Positions 14,101-27,915 of a DNA stretch of 64,000 nt are shown piece after piece. Under the pieces are notes generated by a model. It was not told the DNA's origin. It did no database searches and worked only from the letters and a program-made list of their open reading frames with translations. The translations under genes and the position numbers were made by a program. Source of the DNA: Eledone cirrhosa (lineage: Eukaryota); NCBI GenBank assembly GCA_964016885.1, contig CAXHJY010001571.1, forward strand, positions 124,001 to 188,000, given 5' to 3'. How positions within the stretch are numbered: position 1 is the stretch's first letter; every line of letters starts with the position of its first letter.

Positions 14101-17100
14101 TGTTGTTGGTGGTAGTGGCAATGTTGTTGGTGGTAGTGGTAATGTTATTGGTGGTAGTGGTAATGTTGTTGGTGGTAGTGGTAATGTTGTTGGTGGTAAT
14201 GGTAATGTTGTTGGTGGTAGTGGTAATGTTGTTGGTGGTAGTGGTAATGTTGTTGGTGGTAGTGGCAATGTTGTTGGTGGTAGTGGTAATGTTATTGGTG
14301 GTAGTGGTAATGTTGTTGGTGGTAGTGGTAATGTTGTTGGTGGTAGTGGTAATGTTGTTGGTGGTAGTGGTAATGTTGTTGGTGGTAGTGGCAATGGTAT
14401 TGGTGGTAGTGGTAATGTTGTTGGTGGTAGTGGTAATGTTGTTGGTGGTAGTGGTAATGTTGTTGGTGGTAGTGGTATTGATGTAGGTGGTAGTGGTAAT
14501 GTTGTTGGTGGTAGTGGTATTGATGCAGGTGGTAGTGGTAATGTTGTTGGTGGTAGTGGTAATGTTGTTGGTGGTAGTGGTAATGTTGTTGGTGGTAGTG
14601 GTATTGATGTAGGTGGTAGTGGTAATGTTGTTGGTGGTAGTGGTAATGATGTAGGTGGTAGTGGTAATGTTGTTGGTGGTAGTGGTAATGTTGTTGGTGG
14701 TAGTGGTAATGTTGTTGGTGGTAGTGGTAATGTTGTTGGTGGTAGTGGCAATGTTGTTGGTGGTAGTGGTAATGTTGTTGGTGGTAGTGGTAATGTTGTT
14801 GGTGGTAGTGGTAATGTTGTTGGTGGTAGTGGTAATGATGTAGGTGGCAGTGGTAATGTTGTTGGTGGTAGTGGTATTGATGTAGGTGGTAGTGGTAATG
14901 ATGTAGGTGGTAGTGGTAATGTTGTTGGTGGTAGTGGTATTGATGTAGGTGGTAGTGGTAATGATGTAGGTGGTAGTGGTAATGTTGTTGGTGGTAGTGG
15001 TAATGTTGTTGGCGGTAGTGGTAATGTTGTTGGTGGTAGTGGTAATGTTGTTGGTGGTAGTGGTAATGTTGTTGGTGGTAGTGGTAATGTTGTTGGTGGT
15101 ATTGGCAATGTTGTTGGTGGTAGTGGTAATGTTGTTGGTAGTAGTGGTAATGTTGTTGATGGTAGTGGTAATGTTGTTGGTGGTAGTGGTAATGTTGTTG
15201 GTGGTAGTGGTAATGTTGTTGGTGGTAGTGGTAATGTTGTTGGTGGTAGTGGCAATGTTGTTGGTGGTAGTGGTAATGTTGTTGGTGGTATTGGTAATGT
15301 TGTTGGTGGTAGTGGCAATGTTGTTGGCGGTAGTGGTAATGTTGTTGGTGGTAGTGGTAATGTTGTTGGTGGTAGTGGCAATGTTGTTGGTGGTAGTGGT
15401 AATGTTATTGGTGGTAGTGGTAATGTTGTTGGTGGTAGTGGCAATGTTATTGGTGGTAGTGGTAATGTTGTTGGTGGTAGTGGTAATGTTGTTGGTGGTA
15501 GTGGTAATGTTGTTGGTGGTAGTGGTATTGATGTAGGTGGTAGTGGTAATGTTGTTGGTGGTAGTGGTATTGATGCAGGTGGTAGTGGTAATGTTGTTGG
15601 TGGTAGTGGTAATGTTGTTGGTGGTAGTGGTAATGTTGTTGGTGGTAGTGGTATTGATGTAGGTGGTAGTGGTAATGTTGTTGGTGGTAGTGGTAATGAT
15701 GTAGGTGGTAGTGGTAATGTTGTTGGTGGTAGTGGTAATGTTGTTGGTGGTAGTGGTAATGTTGTTGGTGGTAGTGGTAATGTTGTTGGTGGTAGTGGTA
15801 ATGTTGTTGGTGGTAGTGGTAATGTTGTTGGTGGTAGTGGTATTGATGTAGGTGGTAGTGGTAATGTTGTTGGTGGTAGTGGTAATGATGTAGGTGGTAT
15901 TGGTAATGTTGTTGGTGGTATTGGTAATGTTGTTGGTGGTAGTGGTAATGTTGTTGGTGGTAGTGGTAATGTTGTTGGTGGTAGTGGCAATGTTGTTGGT
16001 GGTAGTGGTAATGTTGTTGGTGGTAGTGGCAATGTTGTTGGTGGTAGTGGTAATGTTGTTGGTGGTAGTGGTAATGTTGTTGGTGGTATTGGTATTGATG
16101 TTGGTGGTAGTGGTAATGTTGTTGGTGGTAGTGGTAATGTTGTTGGTGGTAGTGGTAATGTTGTTGGTGGTAGTGGTAATGTTGTTAGTGGTAGTGGTAA
16201 TGTTGTTGGTGGTAGTGGTATTGATGTTGGTGGTAGTGGTAATGTTGTTGGTGGTAGTGGTAATGTTGTTGGTGGTAGTGGTATTGATGTTGGTGGTAGT
16301 GGTAATGTTGTTGGTGGTAGTGGTATTGATGTTGGTGGTAGTGGTAATGTTGTTGGTGGTAGTGGTAATGTTGTTGGTGGTAGTGGTAATGTTGTTGGTG
16401 GTATTGGTATTGATGTTGGTGGTAGTGGCAATGTTGTTGGTGGTAGTGGTATTGATGTTGGTGGTAGTGGTAATGTTGTTGGTGGTAGTGGTAATGTTAT
16501 TGGTGGTAGTGGAAATGTTGTTGGTGGTAGTGGTAATGTTGTTGGTGGTAGTGGTAATGTTATTGGTGGTAGTGGTAATGTTGTTGGTAGTAGTGGTAAT
16601 GTTGTTGGTGGTAGTGGTAATGTTGTTGGTGGTAGTGGTAATGTTGATGGTGGTAGTGGTAATGATCTTGGCTGTAGTGGTAATGTTGTAGGTGGTAGTG
16701 GTAATGTTGTTGGTGGTAGTGGTAATGTTGTTGGAGGTAGTGGTAATGTTGTTGGTGGTAGTGGTAATGTTGTTGGTGGTAGTGGTAATGATGTAGGTGG
16801 TAGTGGTAATGTTGTTGGTGGTAGTGGTATTGATGTAGGTGGTAGTGGTAATGATGTAGGTGGTAGTGGTAATGTTGTTGGTGGTAGTGGTATTGATGTA
16901 GGTGGTAGTGGTAATGATGTAGGTGGTAGTGGTAATGTTGTTGGTGGTAGTGGTAATGTTGTTGGCGGTAGTGGTAATGTTGTTGGTGGTAGTGGTAATG
17001 TTGTTGGTGGTAGTGGTAATGTTGTTGGTGGTAGTGGTAATGTTGTTGGTGGTAGTGGTAATGTTGATGGTGGTAGTGGTAATGTTGTTGGTGGTAGTGG

Positions 17101-20100
17101 TAATGTTGTTGGTGGTAGTGGTAATGTTGTTGGTGGTAGTGGCAATGTTGTTGGTGATAGTGGTCATGTTGTTGGTGGTAGTGGTAATGTTGTTGGGGAT
17201 AGTGGTAATGTTGTAGGTGGTAGTGATAATGTTGTTGGTGGTAGTGGTAATGTTGTAGGTGGTAGTGGTAATGTTGTTGGTGGTAGTGGTAATGTTGTTG
17301 GTGGTAGTGGTAATGTTGTTGGTGGTAGTGGTATTGATGTTGGTGGTAGTGGTAATGTTGTTGGTGGTAGTGGTAATGTTGTTGGTAGTAGTGGCAATGT
17401 TGTTGGTGGTAGTGGTAATGTTGTTGGTGGTAGTGGTAATGTTGTTGGTGGTATTGGTAATGTTGTTGGTGGTAGTGGCAATGTTGTTGGTGATAGTGGT
17501 AATGTTGTTGGTGGTAGTGGTAATGTTGTTGGGGATAGTGGTAATGTTGTAGGTGGTAGTGATAATGTTGTTGGTGGTAGTGGTAATGTTGTAGGTGGTA
17601 GTGGTAATGTTGGTGGTAGTGGTAATGTTGTTGGTGGTAGTGGTAATGTTATTGGTGGTAGTGGTAATGTTGTTGGTGGTAGTGGTATTGTTCTTGGTGG
17701 TAGTGGTAATGTTGTTGGTGGTATTGGCAATGTTATTGGTGGTAGTGGTAATGTTGTTGGTGGTAGTGGTGATGTTGTTGGTGGTAGTGGTAATGTTGTT
17801 GGTGGTAGTGGCAATGTTGTTGGTGGTAGTGGTAATGTTGTTGGGGGTAGTGGTAATGTTGTTGGTGGTAGTGGTAATGTTGTTGGTGGTAGTGGTAATG
17901 TTGTTGGTGGTAGTGGTAATGTTGTTGGTGGTAGTGGCAATGTTGTTGGTGGTAGTGGTAATGTAATTGGTGGTAGTGGTAATGTTGTTGGTGGTAGTGG
18001 TAATGTTGTTGGTGGTAGTGGTAATGTTGTTGGTGGTAGTGGCAATGTTGTTGGTGGTAGTGGTAATGTTGTTGGTGGTAGTGGTAATGTTGTTGGTGGT
18101 AGTGGCAATGTTGTCGGTGGTAGTGGTAATGTTGTTGGTGGTAGTGGTAATGTTGTTGGTGGTAGTGGTAATGTTGTTGGTGGTAGTGGCAATGTTGTTG
18201 GTGGTAGTGGTAATATTGTTGGTGGTAGTGGTAATGTTGTTGGTGGTAGTGGCAATGTTGTTGGTGGTAGTGGTAATGTTATTGGTGGTAGTGGTAATGT
18301 TGTTGGTGGTAGTGGTAATGTTGTTGGTGGTAGTGGTAATGCTGTTGGTGGTAGTGGTAATGTTGTTGGTGGTAGTGGTAATGATCTTGGCTGTAGTGGT
18401 AATGTTGTAGGTGGTAGTGGTAATGTTGTTGGTGGTAGTGGTAATGTTGTTGGTGGTAGTGGTAATGTTGTTGGTGGTATTGGCAATGTTGTTGGTGGTA
18501 GTGGTAATGTTGTTGGTGGTAGTGGTAATGTTGTTGGTGGTAGTGGTATTGTTCTTGGTGGTAGTGGTAATGTTGTTGGTGGTAGTGGTATTGTTCTTGG
18601 TGGTAGTGGTATTGATGTAGGTGGTAGTGGCAATGTTGTTGGTGGTAGTGGTAATGTTATTGGTGGTAGTGGTAATGTTGTTGGTGGTAGTGGTAATGTT
18701 GTTGGTGGTAGTGGTAATGTTGTTGGTGGTAGTGGTAATGTTGTTGGTGGTAGTGGCAATGTTATTGGTGGTAGTGGTAATGTTGTTGGTGGTAGTGGTA
18801 ATGTTGTTGGTGGTAGTGGTAATGTTGTTGGTGGTAGTGGTATTGATGTAGGTGGTAGTGGTAATGTTGTTGGTGGTAGTGGTATTGATGCAGGTGGTAG
18901 TGGTAATGTTGTTGGTGGTAGTGGTAATGTTGTTGGTGGTAGTGGTAATGTTGTTGGTGGTAGTGGTAATGTTGTTGGTGGTAGTGGCAATGTTGTTGGT
19001 GGTAGTGGTAATGTTATTGGTGGTAGTGGTAATGTTGTTGGTGGTAGTGGCAATGTTATTGGTGGTAGTGGTAATGTTGTTGGTGGTAGTGGTAATGTTG
19101 TTGGTGGTAGTGATAATGTTGTTGGTGGTAGTGGTATTGATGTAGGTGGTAGTGGTAATGTTGTTGGTGGTAGTGGTATTGATGCAGGTGGTAGTGGTAA
19201 TGTTGTTGGTGGTAGTGGTAATGTTGTTGGTGGTAGTGGTAATGTTGTTGGTGGTAGTGGTATTGATGTAGGTGGTAGTGGTAATGTTGTTGGTGGTAGT
19301 GGTAATGATGTAGGTGGTAGTGGTAATGTTGTTGGTGGTAGTGGTAATGTTGTTGGTGGTAGTGGTAATGTTGTTGGTGGTAGTGGTAATGTTGTTGGTG
19401 GTAGTGGTAATGTTATTGGTGGCAGTGGTAATGTTGTTGGTGGTAGTGGTATTGATGTAGGTGGTAGTGGTAATGTTGTTGGTGGTAGTGGTAATGATGT
19501 AGGTGGTATTGGTAATGTTGTTGGTGGTATTGGTAATGTTGTTGGTGGTAGTGGCAATGTTGTTGGTGGTAGTGGTAATGTTGTTGGTGGTAGTGGCAAT
19601 GTTGTTGGTCGTAGTGGTAATGTTGTTGGTGGTAGTGGCAATGTTGTTGGTGGTAGTGGTAATGTTGTTGGTGGTAGTGGTAATGTTGTTGGTGGTATTG
19701 GTATTGATGTTGGTGGTAGTGGTAATGTTGTTGGTGGTAGTGGTAATGTTGTTGGTGGTAGTGGTAATGTTGTTGGTGGTAGTGGTAATGTTGTTAGTGG
19801 TAGTGGTAATATTTTTGGTGGTAGTGGTATTGATGTTGGTGGTAGTGGTAATGTTGTTGGTGGTAGTGGTAATGTTGTTGGTGGTAGTGGTATTGATGTT
19901 GGTGGTAGTGGTAATGTTGTTGGTGGTAGTGGTATTGATGTTGGTGGTAGTGGTAATGTTGTTGGTGGTAGTGGTAATGTTGTTGGTGGTAGTGGTAATG
20001 TTGTTGGTGGTATTGGTATTGATGTTGGTGGTAGTGGCAATGTTGTTGGTGGTAGTGGTATTGATGTTGGTGGTAGTGGTAATGTTGTTGGTGGTAGTGG

Positions 20101-23100
20101 TAATGTTATTGGTGGTAGTGGTAATGTTGTTGGTGGTAGTGGTAATGTTGTTGGTGGTAGTGGTAATGTTATTGGTGGTAGTGGTAATGTTGTTGGTAGT
20201 AGTGGTAATGTTGTTGGTGGTAGTGGTAATGTTGTTGGTGGTAGTGGTAATGTTGATGGTGGTAGTGGTAATGATCTTGGCTGTAGTGGTAATGTTGTAG
20301 GTGGTAGTGGTAATGTTGTTGGTGGTAGTGGTAATGTTGTTGGAGGTAGTGGTAATGTTGTTGGTGGTAGTGGTAATGTTGTAGGTGGTAGTGGTAATGT
20401 TGTTGGTGGTAGTGGTAATGTTGTTGGTGGTAGTGGTAATGTTGTTGGTGGTAGTGGTAATGTTGATGGTGGTAGTGGTAATGTTGTTGGTGGTAGTGGT
20501 AATGTTGTTGGTGGTAGTGGTAATGTTGTTGGTGGTAGTGGCAATGTTGTTGGTGATAGTGGTAATGTTGTTGGTGGTAGTGGTAATGTTGTTGGGGATA
20601 GTGGTAATGTTGTAGGTGGTAGTGATAATGTTGTTGGTGGTAGTGGTAATGTTGTAGGTGGTAGTGGTAATGTTGTAGGTGGTAGTGGTAATGTTGTTGG
20701 TGGTAGTGGTAATGTTGTTGGTGGTAGTGGTAATGTTGTTGGTGGTAGTGGTATTGATGTTGGTGGTAGTGGCAATGTTGTTGGTGGTAGTGGTAATGTT
20801 GTTGGTGGTAGTGGTAATGTTGTTGGTGGTAGTGGCAATGTTGTTGGTGATAGTGGTAATGTTGTTGGTGGTAGTGGTAATGTTGTTGTTGGTAGTGGTA
20901 ATGTTGTTGGGGATAGTGGTAATGTTGTAGGTGGTAGTGATAATGTTGTTGGTGGTAGTGGTAATGTTGTAGGTGGTAGTGGTAATGTTGTTGGTGGTAG
21001 TGGTAATGTTGTTGGTGGTAGTGGTAATGTTATTGGTGGTAGTGGTAATGTTGTTGGTGGTAGTGGTATTGTTCTTGGTGGTAGTGGTAATGTTGTTGGT
21101 GGTATTGGCAATGTTATTGGTGGTAGTGGTAATGTTGTTGGTGGTAGTGGTAATGTTGTTGGTGGTAGTGGCAATGTTGTTGGTGGTAGTGGTAATGTTG
21201 TTGGGGGTAGTGGTAATGTTGTTGGTGGTAGTGGTAATGTTGTTGGTGGTAGTGGTAATGTTGTTGGTGGTAGTGGTAATGTTGTTGGTGGTAGTGGCAA
21301 TGTTGTTGGTGGTAGTGGTAATGTAATTGGTGGTAGTGGTAATGTTGTTGGTGGTAGTGGTAATGTTGTTGGTGGTAGTGGTAATGTTGTTGGTGGTAGT
21401 GGCAATGTTGTTGGTGGTAGTGGTAATGTTGTTGGTGGTAGTGGTAATGTTGTTGGTGGTAGTGGCAATGTTGTCGGTGGTAGTGGTAATGTTGTTGGTG
21501 GTAGTGGTAATGTTGTTGGTGGTAGTGGTAATGTTGTTGGTGGTAGTGGCAATGTTGTTGGTGGTAGTGGTAATGTTGTTGGTGGTAGTGGTAATGTTGT
21601 TGGTGGTAGTGGCAATGTTGTTGGTGGTAGTGGTAATGTTATTGGTGGTAGTGGTAATGTTGTTGGTGGTAGTGGTAATGTTGTTGGTGGTAGTGGTAAT
21701 GCTGTTGGTGGTAGTGGTAATGTTGTTGGTGGTAGTGGTAATGATCTTGGCTGTAGTGGTAATGTTGTAGGTGGTAGTGGTAATGTTGTTGGTGGTAGTG
21801 GTAATGTTGTTGGTGGTAGTGGTAATGTTGTTGGTGGTATTGGCAATGTTGTTGGTGGTAGTGGTAATGTTGTTGGTGGTAGTGGTAATGTTGTTGGTGG
21901 TAGTGGTATTGTTCTTGGTGGTAGTGGTAATGTTGTTGGTGGTAGTGGTATTGTTCTTGGTGGTAGTGGTATTGATGTAGGTGGTAGTGGCAATGTTGTT
22001 GGTGGTAGTGGTATTGATGTTGGTGGTAGTGGCAATGTTGTTGGTGGTAGTGGTAATGTTGTAGGTGGTAGTGGTAATGTTGTTGGTGGTAGTGGTAATG
22101 TTGTTGGTGGTATTGGTAATGTTGTTGGTGGTATTGGCAATGTTGTTGGTGGTAGTGGTAATGTTGTTGGTGGTAGTGGTAATGTTGTTGGTGGTAGTGG
22201 TAATGTTGTTGGTGGTAGTGGTATTGTTCTTGGTGGTAGTGGTAATGTTGTTGGTGGTAGTGGTATTGTTCTTGGTGGTAGTGGTATTGATGTAGGTGGT
22301 AGTGGCAATGTTGTTGGTGGTAGTGGTATTGATGTTGGTGGTAGTGGCAATGTTGTTGGTGGTAGTGGTAATGTTGTAGGTGGTAGTGGTAATGTTGTTG
22401 GTGGTAGTGGCAATGTTGTTGGTGGTAGTGGTAATGTTGTTGGTGGTAGTGGTAATGTTGTTGGTGGTAGTGGCAATGTTGTTGGTGGTAGTGGTAATGT
22501 TATTGGTGGTAGTGGTAATGTTGTTGGTGGTAGTGGTAATGTTGTTGGTGGTAGTGGTAATGTTGTTGGTGGTAGTGGTAATGTTGTTGGTGGTAGTGGT
22601 AATGTTGTTGGTGGTAGTGGCAATGTTGTTGGTGGTAGTGGTAATGTTATTGGTGGTAGTGGTAATGTTGTTGGTGGTAGTGGTAATGTTGTTGGTGGTA
22701 GTGGTAATGTTGTTGGTGGTAGTGGTAATGTTGTTGGTGGTAGTGGCAATGTTATTGGTGGTAGTGGTAATGTTGTTGGTGGTAGTGGTAATGTTGTTGG
22801 TGGTAGTGGTAATGTTGTTGGTGGTAGTGGTATTGATGTAGGTGGTAGTGGTAATGTTGTTGGTGGTAGTGGTATTGATGCAGGTGGTAGTGGTAATGTT
22901 GTTGGTGGTAGTGGTAATGTTGTTGGTGGTAGTGGTAATGTTGTTGGTGGTAGTGGTATTGATGTAGGTGGTAGTGGTAATGTTGTTGGTGGTAGTGGTA
23001 ATGTTGTTGGTGGTAGTGGTAATGTTGTTGGTGGTAGTGGTAATGTTGTTGGTGGTAGTGGTAATGATGTAGGTGGTAGTGGTAATGTTGTTGGTGGTAG

Positions 23101-26100
23101 TGGTATTGATGTAGGTGGTAGTGGTAATGATGTAGGTGGTAGTGGTAATGTTGTTGGTGGTAGTGGTATTGATGTAGGTGGTAGTGGTAATGATGTAGGT
23201 GGTAGTGGTAATGTTGTTGGTGGTAGTGGTAATGTTGTTGGCGGTAGTGGTAATGTTGTTGGTGGTAGTGGTAATGTTGTTGGTGGTAGTGGTAATGTTG
23301 TTGGTGGTAGTGGTAATGTTGTTGGTGGTATTGGCAATGTTGTTGGTGGTAGTGGTAATGTTGTTGGTAGTAGTGGTAATGTTGTTGGTGGTAGTCGTAA
23401 TGTTGTTGGTGGTAGTGGTAATGTTGTTGGTGGTAGTGGTAATGTTGTTGGTGGTAGTGGTAATGTTGTTGGTGGTAGTGGCAATGTTGTTGGTGGTAGT
23501 GGTAATGTTGTTGGTGGTATTGGTAATGTTGTTGGTGGTAGTGGCAATGTTGTTGGCGGTAGTGGTAATGTTGTTGGTGGTAGTGGTAATGTTGTTGGAG
23601 GTAGTGGTAATGTTGTTGGTGGCAGTGGTAATGTTGTTGGTGGTAGTGGTAATTATGTTGGTGGTAGTGGTGATGTTGTTGGTGGTAGTGGTAATGTTGT
23701 TGGTGGTAGTGGTAATGTTGTTGGTGGTAGTGGTAATGTTGTTGGTGGTAGTGGTAATGTTGTTGGTGGTAGTGGTAATGTTGTCGGTGGTATTGGCAAT
23801 GTTGTTGGTGGTAGTGGTAATGTTGTTGGTGGTAGTGGTAATGTTGTTGGTGGTAGTGGCAATGTTGTTGGTGGTAGTGGTAATGTTGTTGGTGGTAGTG
23901 GTAATGTTGTTGGTGGTAGTGGTAATGTTGTTTGTGGTATTGCTAATGTTGTCGGTGGTATTGGCAATGTTGTTGGTGGTAGTGGTAATGTTGTTGGTGG
24001 TAGTGGTAATGTTGTTGGTGGTAGTGGTAATGTTGTTGGTGGTAGTGGTAATGTTGTTGGTGGTAGTGGTAATGTTGTCGGTGGTATTGGCAATGTTGTT
24101 GGTGGTAGTGGTAATGTTGTTGGTGGTAGTGGTAATGTTGTTGGTGGTAGTGGCAATGTTGTTGGTGGTAGTGGTAATGTTGTTGGTGGTAGTGGTAATG
24201 TTGTTGGTGGTAGTGGTAATGTTGTTGGTGGTAGTGGTAATGTTGTTGGTGGTAGTGGTAATGTTGTTGGTGGTAGTGGTAATGTTGTTGGTGGTAGTGG
24301 CAATGTTGTTGGTGGTAGTGGTAATGTTGTTGGTGGTAGTGGTAATGTTGTTGGTGGTAGTGGTAATGTTGTTTGTGGTATTGGTAATGTTGTCGGTGGT
24401 ATTGGCAATGTTGTTGGTGGTAGTGGTAATGTTGTTGGTGGTAGTGGTAATGTTGTTGGTGGTAGTGGCAATGTTGTTGGTGGTAGTGGTAATGTTGTTG
24501 GTGGTAGTGGTAATGTTGTTGGTGGTAGTGGTAATGTTGTTGGTGGTAGTGGTAATGTTGTTGGTGGTAATGGCAATGTTGTTGGTTGTAGTGGTAATGT
24601 TGTTGGTGGTAGTGGTAATGTTGTTGGTGGTAGTGGTAATGTTGTTGGTGGTAGTGGTAATGTTGTTGGTGGTAGTGGTAATGTTGTTGGTGGTATTGGT
24701 AATGTTGTTGGTGGTAGTGGTAATGTTGTTGGTGGTAGTGGCAATGTTGTTGGTGGTAGTGGTAATGTTGTTGGTGGTAGTGGCAATGTTATGGTGGTAG
24801 TGCTATTGATGTAGGTGGTAGTGGTAATGTTGTTGGTGGTAGTGGTAATGTTGTTGGTGGTAGTGGTAATGTTGTTGGTGGTAGTGATAATGTTGTTGGT
24901 GGTAGTGGTAATGTTGTTGGTGGTAGTGGTAATGATGTAGGTAGTAGTGGTAATGTTGTTGGTGGTAGTGGTATTGTTGTTGGTGGTAGTGGTAATGTTG
25001 TTGGTGGTAGTGGTAATGTTGTTGGTGGTAGTGTCAATGTTGTTGGTGGTAGTGGTAATGTTGTTGGTGGTAGTGGTAATGTTGTTGGTGGTAGTGGTAA
25101 TGTTGTTGGTGGTAGTGGTATTGTTGTTGATGGTAGTGGTAATGTTGTTGGTGGTAGTGGTAATGTTGTTGGTGGTAGTGGTATTGATGTTGGTGGTAGT
25201 GGTAATGTTGTTGGTGGTAGTGGTAATGTTGTTGGTGGTAGTGGTAATGTTGTTGATGGTAGTGGTAATGTTGTTGGTGGTAGTGGTAATGTTGTTGGTG
25301 GTAGTGCTAATGTTGTTGGTGGTAGTGGTAATGTTGTTGATGGTAGTGGTAATGTTGTTGGTGGTAGTGGTAATGTTGTTGGTGGCAGTGGTATTGATGT
25401 TGGTGGTAGTGGTAATGTTGTTGGTGGTAGTGGTAATGTTGTTGGTGGTATTGGTAATGTTGTTGGTGGTAGTGGTAATGTTGTTGGTGGTAGTGGTAAT
25501 GTTGTTGGTGGTAGTGGTAATGTTGTTGGTGGTAGTGGTAATGTTGTAGGTGGTAGTGGTAATGTTGTTGGTGGTAGTGGTAATGTTGTTGGTGGTAGTG
25601 GTAATGTTGTTGGTGGTAGTGCTATTGATGTAGGTGGTAGTGGTAATGTTGTTGGTGGTAGTGGCAATGTTGTTGGTGGTAGTGGTAATGTTGTTGGTGG
25701 TAGTGGTATTGATGTTGGTGGTAGTGGTAATGTTGTTGGTGGTAGTGCTATTGATGTAGGTGGTAGTGGTAATGTTGTTGGTGGTAGTGGTAATGTTGTT
25801 GGTGGTAGTGGTAATGTTGTTGGTGGTAGTGGTAATGTTGTTGGTGGTAGTGGTAATGTTGTTGGTGGTAGTGCTATTGATGTAGGTGGTAGTGGTAATG
25901 TTGTTGGTGGTAGTGGTAATGTTGTTGGTGGTAGTGCTAATGTTGTTGGTGGTAGTGGTAATGTTGTTGGTGGTAGTGGTAATGTTGTTGGTGGTAGTGG
26001 TAATGTTGTTGGTGGTAGTGGTAATGTTGTTGGTGATAGTGGTAATGTTGTTGGTGGTAGTGGTATTGATGTTGGTGGAAGTGGTAATGTTGTTGGTGGT

Positions 26101-27915
26101 AGTGGTAATGTTGTTGGTGGTAGTGGTATTGATGTAGGTGGTAGTGGTATTGATGTTGGTGGTAGTGGTAATGTTGTTGGTGATAGTGGCAATGTTGTTG
26201 GTGGTAGTGGTATTGATGTTGGTGGTAGTGGTAATGTTGTTGGTGGTAGTGGTAATGTTGTAGGTGGTAGTGGTATTGATGTTGGTGGTAGTGGTAATGT
26301 TGTTGGTGGTAGTGGTAATGTTGTTGGTGGTAGTAGTAGTGATGTAGGTGGTAGTGGTAATGTTGTTGGTGGTAGTGGTAATGTTGTTGGTGGTAGTGGC
26401 AATGTTGTTGGTGGTAGTGGTAATGTTGTTGGTGGTAGTGGTAATGTTGTTGGTGGTAGTGGTAATGTTGTTGGTGGTAGTGGTAATGTTGTTGGTGGTA
26501 GTGGTATTGTTCTTGGTGGTAGTGGTAATATGTTGGTGGTAGTGGCAATGTTGTTGGTGGTAGTGGTAATGTTGTTGGTGGTAGTGGTATTGATGCAGGT
26601 GGTAGTGGTAATGTTGTTGGTGGTAGTGGTAGTGTTGTTGGTGGTAGTGGTAATGTTGTTGGTGGTATTGGTATTGATGTAGGTGGTAGTGGTAATGTTG
26701 TTGGTGGTAGTGGTAATGTTGTTGGTGGTAGTGGTAATGTTGTTGGTGGTAGTGGTAATGTTGTTGGTGGTAGTGGTAATGTTGTTGGTGGTAGTGGTAT
26801 TGATGCAGGTGGTAGTGGTAATGTTGTTGGTGGTAGTGGTAGTGTTGTTGGTGGTAGTGGTAATGTTGTTGGTGGTATTGGTATTGATGTAGGTGGTAGT
26901 GGTAATGTTGTTGGTGGTAGTGGTAATGTTGTTGGTGGTAGTGGTAATGTTGTTGGTGGTAGTGGTAATGTTGTTGGTGGTAGTGGTAATGTTGTTGGTG
27001 GTAGTGGTATTGATGCAGGTGGTAGTGGTAATGTTGTTGGTGGTAGTGGTAGTGTTGTTGGTGGTAGTGGTAATGTTGTTGGTGGTAGTGGTAATGTTGT
27101 TGGTGGTAGTGGTAATGTTGTTGGTGGTAGTGGTAATGTTGTTGGTGGTAGTGGTAATGTTGTTGGTGGTAGTGGTAATGTTGTTGGTGGTAGTGGTAAT
27201 GTTGTTGGTGGTAGTGGTAATGTTGTTGGTGGTAGTGGTAGTGTTGTTGGTGGTAGTGGTAATGTTGTTGGTGGTACTGGTATTGATGTAGGTGGTAGTG
27301 GTAATGTTGTTGGTGGTAGTGGTAATGTTGTTGGTGGTAGTGGTAATGTTGTTGGTGGTAGTGGTAATGTTGTTGGTGGTAGTGGTATTGATGTTGGTGG
27401 TAGTGGTAGTGTTGTTGGTGGTAGTGGTATTGATGTTGGTGGTAGTGGTAATGTTGTTGGTGGTAGTGGTAATGTTGTTGGTGGTAGTGGTAATGTTGTT
27501 GGTGGTAGTGGTAATGTTGTTGGTGGTAGTGGTATTGATGTTGGTGGTAGTGGTAATGTTGTTGGTGGTAGTGGTAATGTTGTCGGTGGTATTGGCAATG
27601 TTGTTGGTGGTAGTGGTAATGTTGTTGGTGGTAGTGGTAATGTTGTTGGTGGTAGTGGCAATGTTGTTGGTGGTAGTGGTAATGTTGTTGATGGTAGTGG
27701 TAATGTTGTTGGTGGTAGTGGTAATGTTGTTTGTGGTATTGGTAATGTTGTCGGTGGTATTGGCAATGTTGTTGGTGGTAGTGGTAATGTTGTTGGTGGT
27801 AGTGGTAATGTTGTTGGTGGTATTGGTAATGTTGTTGGTGGTAGTGGTAATGTTGTTGGTGGTAGTGGCAATGTTGTTGGTGGTAGTGGTAATGTTGTTG
27901 GTGGTAGTGGCAATG
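11172..27915. repeat. Copy A of a ~17-kb higher-order block within the 21-bp array (period ~20 kb)
   Basis: The same order of rare variants recurs ~19.9-20.6 kb downstream: GGTCATGTT 17162/37017, ORF-track pairs 12972/33373, 17595/37450, 21327/41812, 23199/43789, 24789/45358. Boundaries are approximate. Confidence 0.85.
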
